A DNA stretch of 53,115 nucleotides. Origin: an uncultured Anaerolineales bacterium (GTDB lineage: Bacteria; Chloroflexota; Anaerolineae; B4-G1). The stretch lies in contig CAYPOY010000001.1 of the NCBI GenBank assembly GCA_964412395.1, forward strand, positions 1 to 53,115, given 5' to 3'. Below the pieces are notes generated by a model, which was not told the origin of the DNA, searched no databases, and saw nothing but the letters and a program-made list of their open reading frames with translations. Each line of letters opens with the position of its first letter. Position 1 is the first letter of the stretch. Positions 18,591 through 28,274 of the stretch are shown piece by piece. The translations under genes were made by a program, and so were the position numbers.

Positions 18591-20471
18591 ATGTCCATCC
18601 TGACCGCCAGCAATCTGGCCAAGTCATACGGCCCTCAGGACGTCTTTGGGGATGCATCTTTCGAGATTCCCCACGGGGCCAAGATCGCTCTTGTCGGCCC
18701 CAATGGTTCAGGCAAGACGACTCTGCTGCGCCTGATAGTGGGCTTGGAAGAACCCACGACCGGCGCTATCCATCGGGCTAAATGGCTGCGCATGGCCTAT
18801 CTCCCTCAGCAGGCCGACTTCTCCGGCACTGGGATGCTGTGGGAGGCAATGCTAGAAGTCTTCGCCGACCTGCAGGCTCAAGCTGCTGAACTGCGTCGCC
18901 TGGAGGCGGCTATGGCGGCCCTCGTCACTCGTGAGGAGGCGTTGCAGCGGTACGCTCTATCCATGGAAGCGTTTGAACTGGCTGGCGGCTACACATACGA
19001 GCAGCGCATTGCTCAGGTGCTTTCCGGTCTGGGTTTCGACGAGGATGATTTCCGACGTCCCGTGGCGCAACTCAGCGGAGGGCAGAAAACGCGTGCACTG
19101 CTGGCCCGCCTTCTGTTGGAGGAGCCCGATCTGCTGCTGCTGGACGAGCCGACCAACCATCTCGATCTGGCAGGCATCGAGTGGCTGGAGAATTACCTCC
19201 AGGTGTGGAAAGGTGCTATGGTCGTCGTAGCCCACGACAGGGCTTTCCTCGACGCCGTCGTCGAGCGGGTGTGGGAACTGGAGTGGGGCCGGCTGGAGCG
19301 ATATCGCGGCAACTACAGTGCCTACGTGGCCCAGAAAGCCGAGCGCCTGGCCCTCCAAAAGGCTGATTACGACCGGCAGCGGCAGTTTGTTGTCCGTACT
19401 GAGGAGTTCATCCGTCGCAACATCGCCGGCCAGCGCAGCCGTGAGGCGAAGGGACGACGGAAACGTCTGGCGCGGATGGCGCGGAACGAGCGACCGCGGG
19501 TGTACCGCCCGATGAGCCTTGACCTGGGCGACGTATCCCGTAGTGGCGACCTGGTGTTAGGTCTCTATGGCCTCACCGTGGGCTACGACCAGGCTGTTCC
19601 TCTCTTTACGGCCCAGGAGTTCGAACTGCGGCGAGGGCAGCGGGTAGCGCTGCTGGGGCCGAATGGCTCTGGCAAGACCACGCTCGTGCGCACTATACTG
19701 GGCGAGGTTCCACCGCTCGCCGGGCGTGTGCGCGTTGGGGCGAGTGTACACCTGAGTTACTTCGTCCAGGGGCATGTGGGCCTCGACCCCGAGAAAACCG
19801 TGCTCGAGACCATCCTGGACGCTGGCGAGCTGATGATCAGCCAGGCGCGGAACCTGCTGGCCCGTTATCGTTTCTCCGGCGACGACGTCACCAAGCGCGT
19901 AGGTGAACTCTCCGGCGGAGAGCAAGCCCGCGTCTCGCTGGCTGTCCTGGCCCTCCAGGGCGCTAACGTCCTGCTCCTCGATGAGCCGACTAACCACCTT
20001 GACATCCCATCTCAGGAGGTGCTGCAAGAGGTACTTTCCAGCTTTGGAGGCACGCTGCTGATCGTGACCCACGATCGTTACCTGATCCGCAGGTTGGCCA
20101 CTTGCGTCTGGGTGATTGAGGATGAGCAGTTGTGGGAATTCAAAGAGGGATACGAGGAGTACCACGGCTGGGAGGTGCAGCGACGACAGCGAGGACAGTC
20201 GCCCCAGGAGACGCGGGTCAAAACGGAGAGGGAACGCGCGCGGGAGGCCCGCAAGGCTGCGGAACGGGAGGCGGCGCGACAGACCCGCCGCCAGGCCGAA
20301 CTTGAACAGACGATCCATCAATTAGAGGTGCGCCTGGCACAACTGGAGCACCAACTAACCCTTGCCAGCGAGCAGAAGGCGGTCGAGCGGGTGCGCCGGT
20401 TGGGTGCCGAATACAGCCAGGTCGAGGCAGACCTGGAGGCGCTGCTTTCTGCCTGGACGAATGGGGTATGA
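18591..20471 (+). CDS. ABC-F family ATPase (two ABC cassettes, no TMD, C-terminal coiled coil; Uup/YheS-like)
   Basis: Two Walker A motifs (GPNGSGKTTL twice), two signatures (LSGGQKTR, LSGGEQAR), two Walker B motifs (LLLLDEPTNHLD, VLLLDEPTNHLD). Arg/Glu-rich C-terminal coiled coil. Confidence 0.92.
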   Translation: MSILTASNLAKSYGPQDVFGDASFEIPHGAKIALVGPNGSGKTTLLRLIVGLEEPTTGAIHRAKWLRMAYLPQQADFSGTGMLWEAMLEVFADLQAQAAELRRLEAAMAALVTREEALQRYALSMEAFELAGGYTYEQRIAQVLSGLGFDEDDFRRPVAQLSGGQKTRALLARLLLEEPDLLLLDEPTNHLDLAGIEWLENYLQVWKGAMVVVAHDRAFLDAVVERVWELEWGRLERYRGNYSAYVAQKAERLALQKADYDRQRQFVVRTEEFIRRNIAGQRSREAKGRRKRLARMARNERPRVYRPMSLDLGDVSRSGDLVLGLYGLTVGYDQAVPLFTAQEFELRRGQRVALLGPNGSGKTTLVRTILGEVPPLAGRVRVGASVHLSYFVQGHVGLDPEKTVLETILDAGELMISQARNLLARYRFSGDDVTKRVGELSGGEQARVSLAVLALQGANVLLLDEPTNHLDIPSQEVLQEVLSSFGGTLLIVTHDRYLIRRLATCVWVIEDEQLWEFKEGYEEYHGWEVQRRQRGQSPQETRVKTERERAREARKAAEREAARQTRRQAELEQTIHQLEVRLAQLEHQLTLASEQKAVERVRRLGAEYSQVEADLEALLSAWTNGV

Positions 20472-21199
20472 ATGCGCTAACCAGCTTCGCCCCGTTCGGC
20501 CGCTTCTGTTGTGCCAGAGGCAGCGGGCCGCGTGCGGAATCGCAAGCACCTTACTGTTTTCCAGTGCTCCCAGCCCCCGTCCTGGGGGCCTCGCGTCCAC
20601 TGCTCATCGGTCTCACGGGTAACATCGGCACGGGCAAATCCACCGTCGCCGGGATGTTGGCCGAACTGGGCGCTGAGACGATTGATGCGGACGAGGTGGC
20701 CCACGAGGTGACGCGGGCCGGCACCTCCGCCCACGCAGCGGTCGTCGAAACCTTCGGCCCGGAGGTGCTGGCCGCCGATGGTGAGATTGACCGGAAGCGA
20801 TTGGGCGCACTGGTCTTCGCCGACCCCACGGCGTTGGCGCGACTGGAGGTCATCGTCCATCCTGCTACCCTTGAGGCGATCCAGCGCCGCCTCGGTGCCA
20901 CCTCCGCCGACATCGTAATCGTCGAGGCCATCAAATTGATCGAGGCAGGGATGGCCGATGCCTGCGACAGCGTATGGGTGACAACCTGCCGGCCGGAGCA
21001 GCAGGTCTACCGCATTATAGGTGGACGGGGCTTAAGCCGGACTGAGGCCGAGCAGCGCGTGCGAGCGCAGCCGCCGCAGGAGGAGAAAATCGCTCGCGCT
21101 GACGTGGTCATTGACACCTCCGGCTCACTCTCGCGGACGCGTGCGCGGGTACAGACAGCGTGGGAGTGGTTGACCAGGGAAGGTGGCAGAAAGCGCTGA
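20468..21199 (+). CDS. coaE: Dephospho-CoA kinase
   Basis: LIGLTGNIGTGKSTVAGMLAELGAETIDADEVAHEV is the CoaE N-terminal P-loop block. ATG 20468 overlaps the ABC-F stop (ATGA). The first ~45 codons have no CoaE counterpart and cover a repeat copy (20553..20588). In-frame GTG 20564 is an alternative start. Confidence 0.85.
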   Translation: MNALTSFAPFGRFCCARGSGPRAESQAPYCFPVLPAPVLGASRPLLIGLTGNIGTGKSTVAGMLAELGAETIDADEVAHEVTRAGTSAHAAVVETFGPEVLAADGEIDRKRLGALVFADPTALARLEVIVHPATLEAIQRRLGATSADIVIVEAIKLIEAGMADACDSVWVTTCRPEQQVYRIIGGRGLSRTEAEQRVRAQPPQEEKIARADVVIDTSGSLSRTRARVQTAWEWLTREGGRKR

Positions 21200-21239
21200 C
21201 CTTGGAAGAGAGGGATATTTGGAGTATAATTAAGGAGGA

Positions 21240-21755
21240 ATGAAGAGCATGACGCAACGGCAAGAAATTGTAGTGCGACGGGCCAAAGTGGGAGATGCAG
21301 CCCAAATCGCCGCGTTTATCAACCGTGCCTTGCGGGGGCGAGTGGAGGTTGACGAACCGATGGTCGTCGAACGCTTTGGCAATGTAGGCTTTCTGTTGGC
21401 CGAGCGGGATGATGACCTGGTTGGCATGCTCGGCTGGCAGGCCGAGAACCTCGTAGTAAGGGTAACCGACTTTCTAATTGTGGCGGTTTCCGAGCGCATT
21501 GCCGCTGGGCAAGCGTTGCTCACCGCGATGGAGGAGGCTGCGGCTGAGTTACAGTGTGAGGCAGCGCTACTATTCATGCCGTGCCCGTCTCCCCCTGCTC
21601 TGGTCAGGTTCTACAGAATGATCGGGTACGAGTCTCAATTTGTCGCCGATTTACCGAAAGCGTGGCGGGATGCCGCTCGCGAGGGCGGGCTGGCAGATGG
21701 CGAGACAGTATTGGTGAAGCCGTTACGTGACAAGCGCGTGCTCCGCCCGCTGTGA
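21240..21755 (+). CDS. GNAT-family N-acetyltransferase-like protein
   Basis: 171 aa. IVVRRAKVGDAAQIAAFINRA ... GFLLAERDDDLVGMLGW ... AAGQALLTAMEEAA ... FYRMIGYE fits the GNAT beta4-alpha3 / beta5-alpha4 layout. AAGGAGG sits immediately upstream. ATG 21249 is an alternative start. Confidence 0.7.
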   Translation: MKSMTQRQEIVVRRAKVGDAAQIAAFINRALRGRVEVDEPMVVERFGNVGFLLAERDDDLVGMLGWQAENLVVRVTDFLIVAVSERIAAGQALLTAMEEAAAELQCEAALLFMPCPSPPALVRFYRMIGYESQFVADLPKAWRDAAREGGLADGETVLVKPLRDKRVLRPL

Positions 21756-21792
21756 TTGGACAGACGAGACGCAAGGTTCATCGGAGGTGGGT

Positions 21793-21999
21793 ATGTCTTC
21801 TTTGAAGCAATTCGTCATTCAGCACCCGCGCCTGGCAGCCTGGCTGGTATTAGCCATAGGCATGGTGGTTATCCTCATCTGGTCCGCTCGCGGCGTGGGC
21901 CTGTTGCTGGGGCAATGGGCTGCCCTGATCGTAGCCACCATCGGCCTGGCCGGCCTGTGCGTCTGGATCATCGGGTGGGAGGATGAAGAGGAGGAGTAG
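21793..21999 (+). CDS. Small two-TM membrane protein with acidic tail
   Basis: MSSLKQFVIQHPRLAAWLVLAIGMVVILIW...LIVATIGLAGLCVWIIGWEDEEEE. GGAGGTGG lies upstream of ATG 21793. ORF track 21727..21999. Confidence 0.5.
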   Translation: MSSLKQFVIQHPRLAAWLVLAIGMVVILIWSARGVGLLLGQWAALIVATIGLAGLCVWIIGWEDEEEE

Positions 22000-22042
22000 G
22001 CAGCAATAACAGAGAAATGAGCTTTTTGCCACAAAATACGAT

Positions 22043-22312
22043 GTGTTGCTGACCGAGTTCAACAACTACGTCATGACGCATCCTGAGTTTGTGACCAGTA
22101 TCCCTGATGAGGCTCTTATCGTACTGATTGATCTGAATGACCCTGAATTCAGTTATCACAATTTGGAACGGGTGCAAGCCTATCGGCGCAACGACGACAA
22201 GCCTGACCGACCTATGGTCTATGTAGACATTGGTGAACTGGCGCCGGTGCGGTCGCGTCTAATCAAGCCACGTGTGCTTTCGCGGCTGCCCGATACACTG
22301 GTAGTAGCTTGA
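22043..22312 (+). CDS. Hypothetical small protein
   Basis: 89-aa ORF with protein-like composition. No family recognised. Confidence 0.4.
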   Translation: MLLTEFNNYVMTHPEFVTSIPDEALIVLIDLNDPEFSYHNLERVQAYRRNDDKPDRPMVYVDIGELAPVRSRLIKPRVLSRLPDTLVVA

Positions 22313-22438
22313 TGGCGTCGAGGAAAACGTGCTGGCGCATGACCTGGACCGATTCATCAACGATCTGATTGCCCAAGACTTTCTCCGGCCCTCTTTGGAG
22401 CCGGGCGTCACTTCCGTAAGTCACGCAGTTGCTGAGAC

Positions 22439-22636
22439 GTGAGCCATCTGCGCTTGCTTTCCAAGTTCCGTAACGCCCTGGTGCAACTGTCCTATCTGCC
22501 CAGGGCGTTTGTTTTGGTCTGGACCGCCGTGCGGCGTTGGACGGTGGCCTGGGCCGTGTTGCTGCTGGCGCAGGGGTTGCTGCCCGTCGCCACCGTGTAT
22601 TTGAAGCGTACTTTTGGGGATAGCCTGTGGTGGTGA
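22439..22636 (+). pseudogene. 5' fragment (about 65 codons) of an ABC exporter permease gene
   Basis: LSKFRNALVQLSYLPRAFVLVWTAVRRWTVAWAVLLLAQGLLPVATVYLKR aligns with residues ~17-68 of the 23318..24088 ORF (LSNALAQLPYLPRAFSLVWTAARRWTVAWAGLLLAQGLLPIATVYLTR). It then terminates. Confidence 0.6.
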
Positions 22637-22672
22637 GGCTGTGTCAGCGGGATTGCATCTGACATGATCTCG

Positions 22673-22681
22673 TGGTATAAT
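22673..22681 (+). promoter_or_regulatory. Extended -10 promoter element (TGGTATAAT) for the toxin-antitoxin pair
   Basis: TGGTATAAT lies 37 nt upstream of the antitoxin ATG. The same 13-mer CGTGGTATAATGT recurs at 23324..23336. Confidence 0.5.
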
Positions 22682-22717
22682 GTAAAAAAGGAAAACACTT
22701 CTTCATGGAGGTGTCAG

Positions 22718-22999
22718 ATGGAGCAACTGATCAAAGTGACAAGAGGTGGACAGGTGACGATACCCGCTGCTCTGCGCCGCGAGGCAGGTATTGAGATTGG
22801 CGATTATCTGGAAGCGCGGCTGGAGGAGGATAGGCTGGTGCTCCTGCCAAAGCAAGTCATAGACAAGAGCCAGGCTTACTTCTGGACAGAAGCCTGGCAA
22901 GAGGGTGAGCGCGAGGCGGAGGAAGACCTGAGAGCGGGCCGTGTGAAGCGGTTCAAGATGTTAGCAGACCTCATCGCCGACTTGGACGCGGAGGAATAG
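22718..22999 (+). CDS. AbrB/MazE/SpoVT-family antitoxin
   Basis: MEQLIKVTRGGQVTIPAALRREAGIEIGDYLEARLEEDRLVLLP is a SpoVT-AbrB swapped-hairpin motif. GGAGGTG RBS. The stop is 1 nt before the toxin GTG. Confidence 0.8.
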   Translation: MEQLIKVTRGGQVTIPAALRREAGIEIGDYLEARLEEDRLVLLPKQVIDKSQAYFWTEAWQEGEREAEEDLRAGRVKRFKMLADLIADLDAEE

Positions 23000-23000
23000 T

Positions 23001-23261
23001 GTGGAACTGGTCCGCACCGCACGTTTTCGGCGGGCATACCGTAAACTTGAGCCACGGCAGCGTGAGCAGGTGAAAAAGACACTGGCCCAATTGCTGGTCG
23101 ACCACACTCACCCCGGACTGCGTGTCAAGCGCGTGCGGGGGACTGATGGTGTGTGGGAACTGCGCGCTGGAAGGGACATCCGCGTGACGTTCGAGATTGA
23201 AACAGACGCCTACGTTTTGCGCAACGTGGGTCATCATGACCCTACACTCAGGAATCCATAG
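23001..23261 (+). CDS. RelE/ParE-superfamily toxin
   Basis: 86 aa, GTG start. The pattern FRRAYRKL...Q...V...L..L...P..PGLRVKRVRG..GVWELRAGRDIRV.F....D.YVL.NVGHHD is typical of RelE/ParE-fold toxins that pair with AbrB-type antitoxins. Confidence 0.7.
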   Translation: MELVRTARFRRAYRKLEPRQREQVKKTLAQLLVDHTHPGLRVKRVRGTDGVWELRAGRDIRVTFEIETDAYVLRNVGHHDPTLRNP

Positions 23262-23317
23262 CCTCTCTTTGTCGTGGGGGCCTATTCTCTTGGAAATGCC
23301 CAAGATGGCACAAGGGG

Positions 23318-24088
23318 ATGAAGCGTGGTATAATGTTCTCTATTGTGCCCCAGCTTCTACCTCCCAAGCTCAGCAATGCCCTGGCGCAACTTCCTTACCT
23401 GCCCAGGGCATTTTCATTGGTCTGGACCGCCGCGCGGCGTTGGACGGTGGCCTGGGCCGGGCTGCTGCTGGCGCAGGGCCTGCTGCCCATCGCCACGGTT
23501 TACCTGACGCGGGCCGCGGTGGATAGCCTGGTGGCGGCGCTGGACGCCGGTGATTGGGCCAACCTGCGCCCGACGCTGTTCCTGGTGGCCCTGATGGCCG
23601 CCATCCTGCTGCTGATGGAAGTCTTGCGCAGCCTGACCGGGTGGGTGCGCACCGCCCAATCCGAACTGGTGCAAGACCACATCAGTGGCCTGATCCACGC
23701 CCGGGCCGTGGCCCTCGACCTGGCCTTCTACGAGACGCCCGACTACTACGACCGCCTGCACCGGGCCCGTGTGGACGCGATTAACCGCCCCGTCGCCCTG
23801 CTGGAGAACGCCGGCAGCCTGGTGCAAAACGGCATTACGCTGGTGGCCATGGCGGCGGTGCTGGTCTCGTTTGGGCCGTGGTTGCCGCTGGTCTTGCTGG
23901 TCAGCACGCTGCTGGCCCTGTACGTCGTGGCTCGTTACACGCTCCGCTTCCACCGCTGGCGCATCCGCAATACCGCTGCCGTCCGCCGCACCCGCTATTA
24001 CGACTGGATGCTCACCCTGCGGGAAGCCGCCGCCGAACTGCGCCTTTTCGCGCTGGGCGATCATTCCAGTTGGCTTGCGCTGGATTGA
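23318..24088 (+). pseudogene. Truncated ABC exporter gene (transmembrane domain only, nucleotide-binding domain missing)
   Basis: The 256-aa ORF has the ABC_membrane helices (LLLAQGLLPIATVYL, FLVALMAAILLLMEVL, ITLVAMAAVLVSFGPWLPLVLLVSTLLALYVV). It stops at ...ELRLFALGDHSSWLALD. No Walker A or LSGGQ motif follows before the GH3 gene. A TGGTATAAT element lies inside the annotated first codons. Confidence 0.6.
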
Positions 24089-24271
24089 TGGCGAGAGATA
24101 TGTAGTCTGAGCTGGGAGCATTGGAAAACAGTTTTGAACTGACCGTCGCCGAGACGCTGACACCGGGCGGTGTCAGTGTGATGGCGGTCGTGCCGGTAAT
24201 GACCGCCGGGGGGCTGACTGCTTCAATTGCGCTCTGTCCCATTTCGGGTACAATAGAGCCAGTTGGATGAA

Positions 24272-27142
24272 ATGGTTGAGCAACTGAAACGGCTACTTAC
24301 GCTGGCCCTAGTGGTCACCATATTGATACCCCTTGTACTGCTCGGGACAGCCCGTGCGCAGGAGGAAGACCAAGTTGCACGGCTGATGGAGCGCATGTCC
24401 AGCGCGGCCAAGGTCGGGCAACTCTTCCTGGTCACCTTCCCTGGGGCCGAGGTCACCGAGGACGCCATTATCACGGAATTGATCCGTGATTATCACGTCA
24501 GCGGGGTAGTACTTCTGCCCGATAATGGCAACATCGTCAACGAGGGCGACACGCCTGCGCAGGTGGCCGCGCTGGTCGGTCAACTTCAAGAGACCGCCTG
24601 GGCGGCGACACAGCCGGTGACCGAGACGCTTGACGAGGAAGAGGTCCCGCCGGGTCCGTTCATCCCTCTCTTTATCGCCGTGAGTCACGAGGGCAACGGC
24701 ATGCCCTTCACCGGCATCGTCAGCGGGACGACGCCCCTCCCCTCTGAGATGGCGCTGGGGGCTACCTGGAACCCGAGCCACACTGAGGCCGTAGGCCAGA
24801 TTGTGGGGCAGGAGCTGCACGCTTTGGGCATCAACATACTGCTGGGGCCGTCGCTGGATGTGCTCGAAAACCCTCGTCCTGAAAGTACCGGCGACCTGGG
24901 TGTGAGGACCTTCGGGGGCGAGCCGTTCTGGGTGGGGCAGATGGGACAGGCGTACATCCGGGGCGTCCACGAAGGGGCCGAGGGACAGGTGGGGGTGATA
25001 GCGAAACACTTTCCCGGCCTGGGTGCCTCCGACCGCTCGCTCGACGAAGAGGTCTCCACCGTACAATGCACGCTGGAAAAACTGCGGCAGATTGACCTGG
25101 CTCCTTTCTTCGCTGTGGCCCAGGCCGATGACCCGCTGGCGCGCCCGGACGGGGTGGTGGTGTCTCATATTTGCTTCCGGGGGCTGGAGGGCGGTCGTTT
25201 CGTCACCACCCGCCCGGTCAGCGTGGACAGCCAGGTGCTCCAGCGGCTGTTGGGGCTGCCGGAATTGGCCGGCTGGCGCGAGCAGGGGGGAGTGACCATC
25301 TCCGACGAGCTGGGCGTGCGCGCGCTGCAGCGCTTCTACGATCCCAACGAGGAGAGTTTCAACAGCCGCCGCATTGCACAGGATGCGTTCCTCGCCGGCA
25401 ACGATCTCCTGCTCCTCTCCCAATTTGCGCTTAGCGACGATTGGGAAGACCAGATCGCCAACGTCAAGTCAACGATCACCTTCTTCTGTGAGAAATACGG
25501 CAGTGAGCCGTCGTTCCAAGCCTCCGTGGACGCGGCTGTCGCGCGCATATTGCGGCTGAAACTTGCGCTCTATGGCGGCACGTTCGAACTCGCCGCCACC
25601 CAGCCGGACGCGGAGACAGCCGGCGAACAGTTTGGGCTTGGTCGAGAAGCGCTATCAGCCATTGGTCGTGACGCCATCACACTGCTTTCCCCTCCCTCGC
25701 CTGACCTGGTCCCCGCGCCTCCGACCTTCGAGGACAATATCGTCATCTTCACCGATGGTCGGGAGGGGCAGCCCTGCGCCACGTGTGTGCTGGTGCCTTA
25801 CATTGACCCCTTCGCACTGCGAGACACCATCTTGCGGCTCTATGGCCCCGATGCGACGGGGCAGATCAATCCATCGCTGGTGACCAACTTTACCTTTGAC
25901 CAACTGGAAGAGTACCTGAGCGTGCCGCCTCCGCTTCCCACGCCGACCCCTGTGGCTGGGGAGGTCATCACGCCAACCCTACCTCACCCCATCGAAGCGG
26001 CACTGCAGAATGCTGACTGGATCATCTTCGCTATGCTCAACCCGACCAACGATCCGCCCCAGTCAGGAGTTGTGCGGCACTTTCTTGCCGAGCGGGCCGA
26101 CGCATTGCGCAATCTACACCTGGTCGTGCTGGCTTATGATGCCCCCTACTACCTGGACGCCACCGAGATCAGCAAGTTAAGTGCCTACTACGTGGCCTAC
26201 AGCCGGGTAGAGCCTTTCACTGAGGCCCTGGTGCGGGCGCTGTTCAGCGAGTTTGCGCCGGCGGGAACCCCGCCGGTCAGTGTGACCGGTATCAATTATG
26301 ACCTGTTGATCCAGACTTCTCCTGATCCTGAGCAAACCCTCGCTCTCTACTACGACGTCGGTGAGTTACCTGAGGAGGGTCAGCCGACACCAGAACCGCC
26401 TGAAGAGGGCCAGCCAACGCTAGAGCCTCCTCAACCTGAGGTCGGCGATGAATTAAAGTTGCGCACCGGAGAAATCGTGGATCACAACGGCCATCCGGTA
26501 CCCGATGGCACCCCTGTCCAGTTTATCTTCACCTATCCACGAGAGGGGCTAGAACGTTCCGTTGTGGAGATAACCCACGGCGGCGTGGCCGAAACGACGG
26601 TTACGCTGGATCGAACGGGCCAACTCGATATTTCCATCCAGGCGGACCCTGTTCCACGTACAATCTGCCTGCAAATCACAATTCCGGAGGGTGAGCCGGT
26701 CACCATCTGGACGCCCACGCCGGTGCCCACGCCGACCCCCGCACCGACGCCAACACCTACGCCGGAGCCGGAACCTGTGCTCGAAGATACACCAATTCCC
26801 ACACCTGGTCCGGTGGAAGAGGAGGAAGAACCACCCGCCGTAGACGATGGGGCTGGGCTGTTGGACCTGGCCCTGGCGTTGCTCAGTGTCCTGATCGTCA
26901 GTGGCACGGGGTACTACGTTGTGCGCCTGGACAACGGGCCAGTCAGCCGGGCGCTGCGTCTTGCGTTGTGGTGTTTGATAGGCGGGTTTGTGCTGTATCT
27001 GGCCTACGCTCTACGTCTGCCGGGAGCCGCATGGCTGCGAGAGCGAGGTGGCGCGTGGGCTGCGGGATGGGCGGCGCTGCTTGGCAGTGTGGTGCCGTTG
27101 GTCATCGCGTGGACTGCCAGCCAGTGGAGACGGCTTGCATAA
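24272..27142 (+). CDS. Glycoside hydrolase family 3 (NagZ-like) surface enzyme with long C-terminal extension, Pro/Thr linker and C-terminal TM helices
   Basis: KHFPGLGASDRSLDEEVSTV is the GH3 KHFPG-G..D motif. Signal peptide MVEQLKRLLTLALVVTILIPLVLLGTARAQ (ATG 24272; the ORF-track start 24263 is TTG). PTPVPTPTPAPTPTPTPEPEP linker. Three hydrophobic helices at the end. Confidence 0.85.
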   Translation: MVEQLKRLLTLALVVTILIPLVLLGTARAQEEDQVARLMERMSSAAKVGQLFLVTFPGAEVTEDAIITELIRDYHVSGVVLLPDNGNIVNEGDTPAQVAALVGQLQETAWAATQPVTETLDEEEVPPGPFIPLFIAVSHEGNGMPFTGIVSGTTPLPSEMALGATWNPSHTEAVGQIVGQELHALGINILLGPSLDVLENPRPESTGDLGVRTFGGEPFWVGQMGQAYIRGVHEGAEGQVGVIAKHFPGLGASDRSLDEEVSTVQCTLEKLRQIDLAPFFAVAQADDPLARPDGVVVSHICFRGLEGGRFVTTRPVSVDSQVLQRLLGLPELAGWREQGGVTISDELGVRALQRFYDPNEESFNSRRIAQDAFLAGNDLLLLSQFALSDDWEDQIANVKSTITFFCEKYGSEPSFQASVDAAVARILRLKLALYGGTFELAATQPDAETAGEQFGLGREALSAIGRDAITLLSPPSPDLVPAPPTFEDNIVIFTDGREGQPCATCVLVPYIDPFALRDTILRLYGPDATGQINPSLVTNFTFDQLEEYLSVPPPLPTPTPVAGEVITPTLPHPIEAALQNADWIIFAMLNPTNDPPQSGVVRHFLAERADALRNLHLVVLAYDAPYYLDATEISKLSAYYVAYSRVEPFTEALVRALFSEFAPAGTPPVSVTGINYDLLIQTSPDPEQTLALYYDVGELPEEGQPTPEPPEEGQPTLEPPQPEVGDELKLRTGEIVDHNGHPVPDGTPVQFIFTYPREGLERSVVEITHGGVAETTVTLDRTGQLDISIQADPVPRTICLQITIPEGEPVTIWTPTPVPTPTPAPTPTPTPEPEPVLEDTPIPTPGPVEEEEEPPAVDDGAGLLDLALALLSVLIVSGTGYYVVRLDNGPVSRALRLALWCLIGGFVLYLAYALRLPGAAWLRERGGAWAAGWAALLGSVVPLVIAWTASQWRRLA

Positions 27143-27179
27143 AGGTGGCCAGTCTGCACCAGCCTGCAAGTGAGCACTC

Positions 27180-27207
27180 GCTAACTACTCACTGCTAACG
27201 GCTAATT
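27180..27207. repeat. Heptamer array (GCTAACN family, 4 units)
   Basis: gctaact actcact gctaacg gctaatt. It sits between the convergent GH3 and kinase genes. The kinase stop codon (TAG, complement of 27202..27204) lies inside the last unit. Confidence 0.7.
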
Positions 27208-28188
27208 AAAGAGGGTCACCAATACAGTGAGGACAAGCATCACTCCGGCAAGTGCCAGCAACCCACGGTTTTCGACCACCGCCCGGTGCCACTCCCCTTG
27301 CGAGGGAATCAGGGGCATCAGAGATGGAGGGAGTGAACTACCGTGTAACGTCTCGCGAAACGATGCCACGTTCGGTGGGCGTGGATCGGGATGCATAGCG
27401 ATGGCCGCCAGGATGGCACGCTCTGTGGTGGGAGAGATACGTGGGTTGATCGCTCGTGGGAACATGAGCGCGTTGGGGTTGAGGAAACGCTGCTTGGCAT
27501 CTGCTGGGGGTTGGTTGGTCAACAGATGGTAGAGCGTAGCGCCAAGCGAGTAAATATCGGATCGGGCGTCGGTGTGGCCGGTATCCCCACCATACTGCTC
27601 CAACGGAGTATAGGCGACGGTGCCCCGGCCTTGCAGCACTGTGATGGTGCGGGAGTCGTCCGCCGCCAGCAGTTTGACCAGCCCAAAGTCCACCAGCTTA
27701 ATCAACCCGCCAGGGGTCAATTTGATGTTGGCTGGCTTGATGTCGCGGTGGAGCACGGGAGGGTCCTGGCTGTGGAGGTACTCCAACGCATCGCACAACT
27801 GATCGGCCCACTGGAGCACGCTTTCCTCGTCAATGAACTCTCCTCGGAGGCGCTTTTCCTCCATCAATTGGCGCAGGTCCTGCCCACCGACGAAATCCAT
27901 CACCAGGTACTCTCGCTGGTGCTCGGTGAACGTATCGGAGACCTTGGGAAGGTTGGGGTGGTCCAGCCGCGCCAGGGTGAAGGCCTCGCGGCGGAACTGT
28001 TCCTGGGCCTGAGCCAGCTCTTCTGACGTGGCGTCGGGATCCGGGCGGACTTCCTTGACCGCACAGATGCGACCTTCCAGGCGCAGGTCCTCAGCGCGGT
28101 ATACCGCGCCCATACCTCCCTGGCCGACAGGCGCGATGATTTTATACCGTCCGCGCAGGACGGTTCCAGGTGCAAGCAGGCGGGCCAC
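27202..28188 (-). CDS. Ser/Thr protein kinase (Hanks type), C-terminal TM anchor
   Basis: [44 protein letters not shown]-terminal [19 protein letters not shown]. Confidence 0.92.
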   Translation of the reverse strand: MARLLAPGTVLRGRYKIIAPVGQGGMGAVYRAEDLRLEGRICAVKEVRPDPDATSEELAQAQEQFRREAFTLARLDHPNLPKVSDTFTEHQREYLVMDFVGGQDLRQLMEEKRLRGEFIDEESVLQWADQLCDALEYLHSQDPPVLHRDIKPANIKLTPGGLIKLVDFGLVKLLAADDSRTITVLQGRGTVAYTPLEQYGGDTGHTDARSDIYSLGATLYHLLTNQPPADAKQRFLNPNALMFPRAINPRISPTTERAILAAIAMHPDPRPPNVASFRETLHGSSLPPSLMPLIPSQGEWHRAVVENRGLLALAGVMLVLTVLVTLFN

Positions 28189-28274
28189 GGTTTCTCTTGT
28201 TCTCTCCGGTACGGTTGGCGATTATGTTGCATCATAAGCTAGAAGGGCAATTCTGTCAAGTAAAGGGGGTTGTG

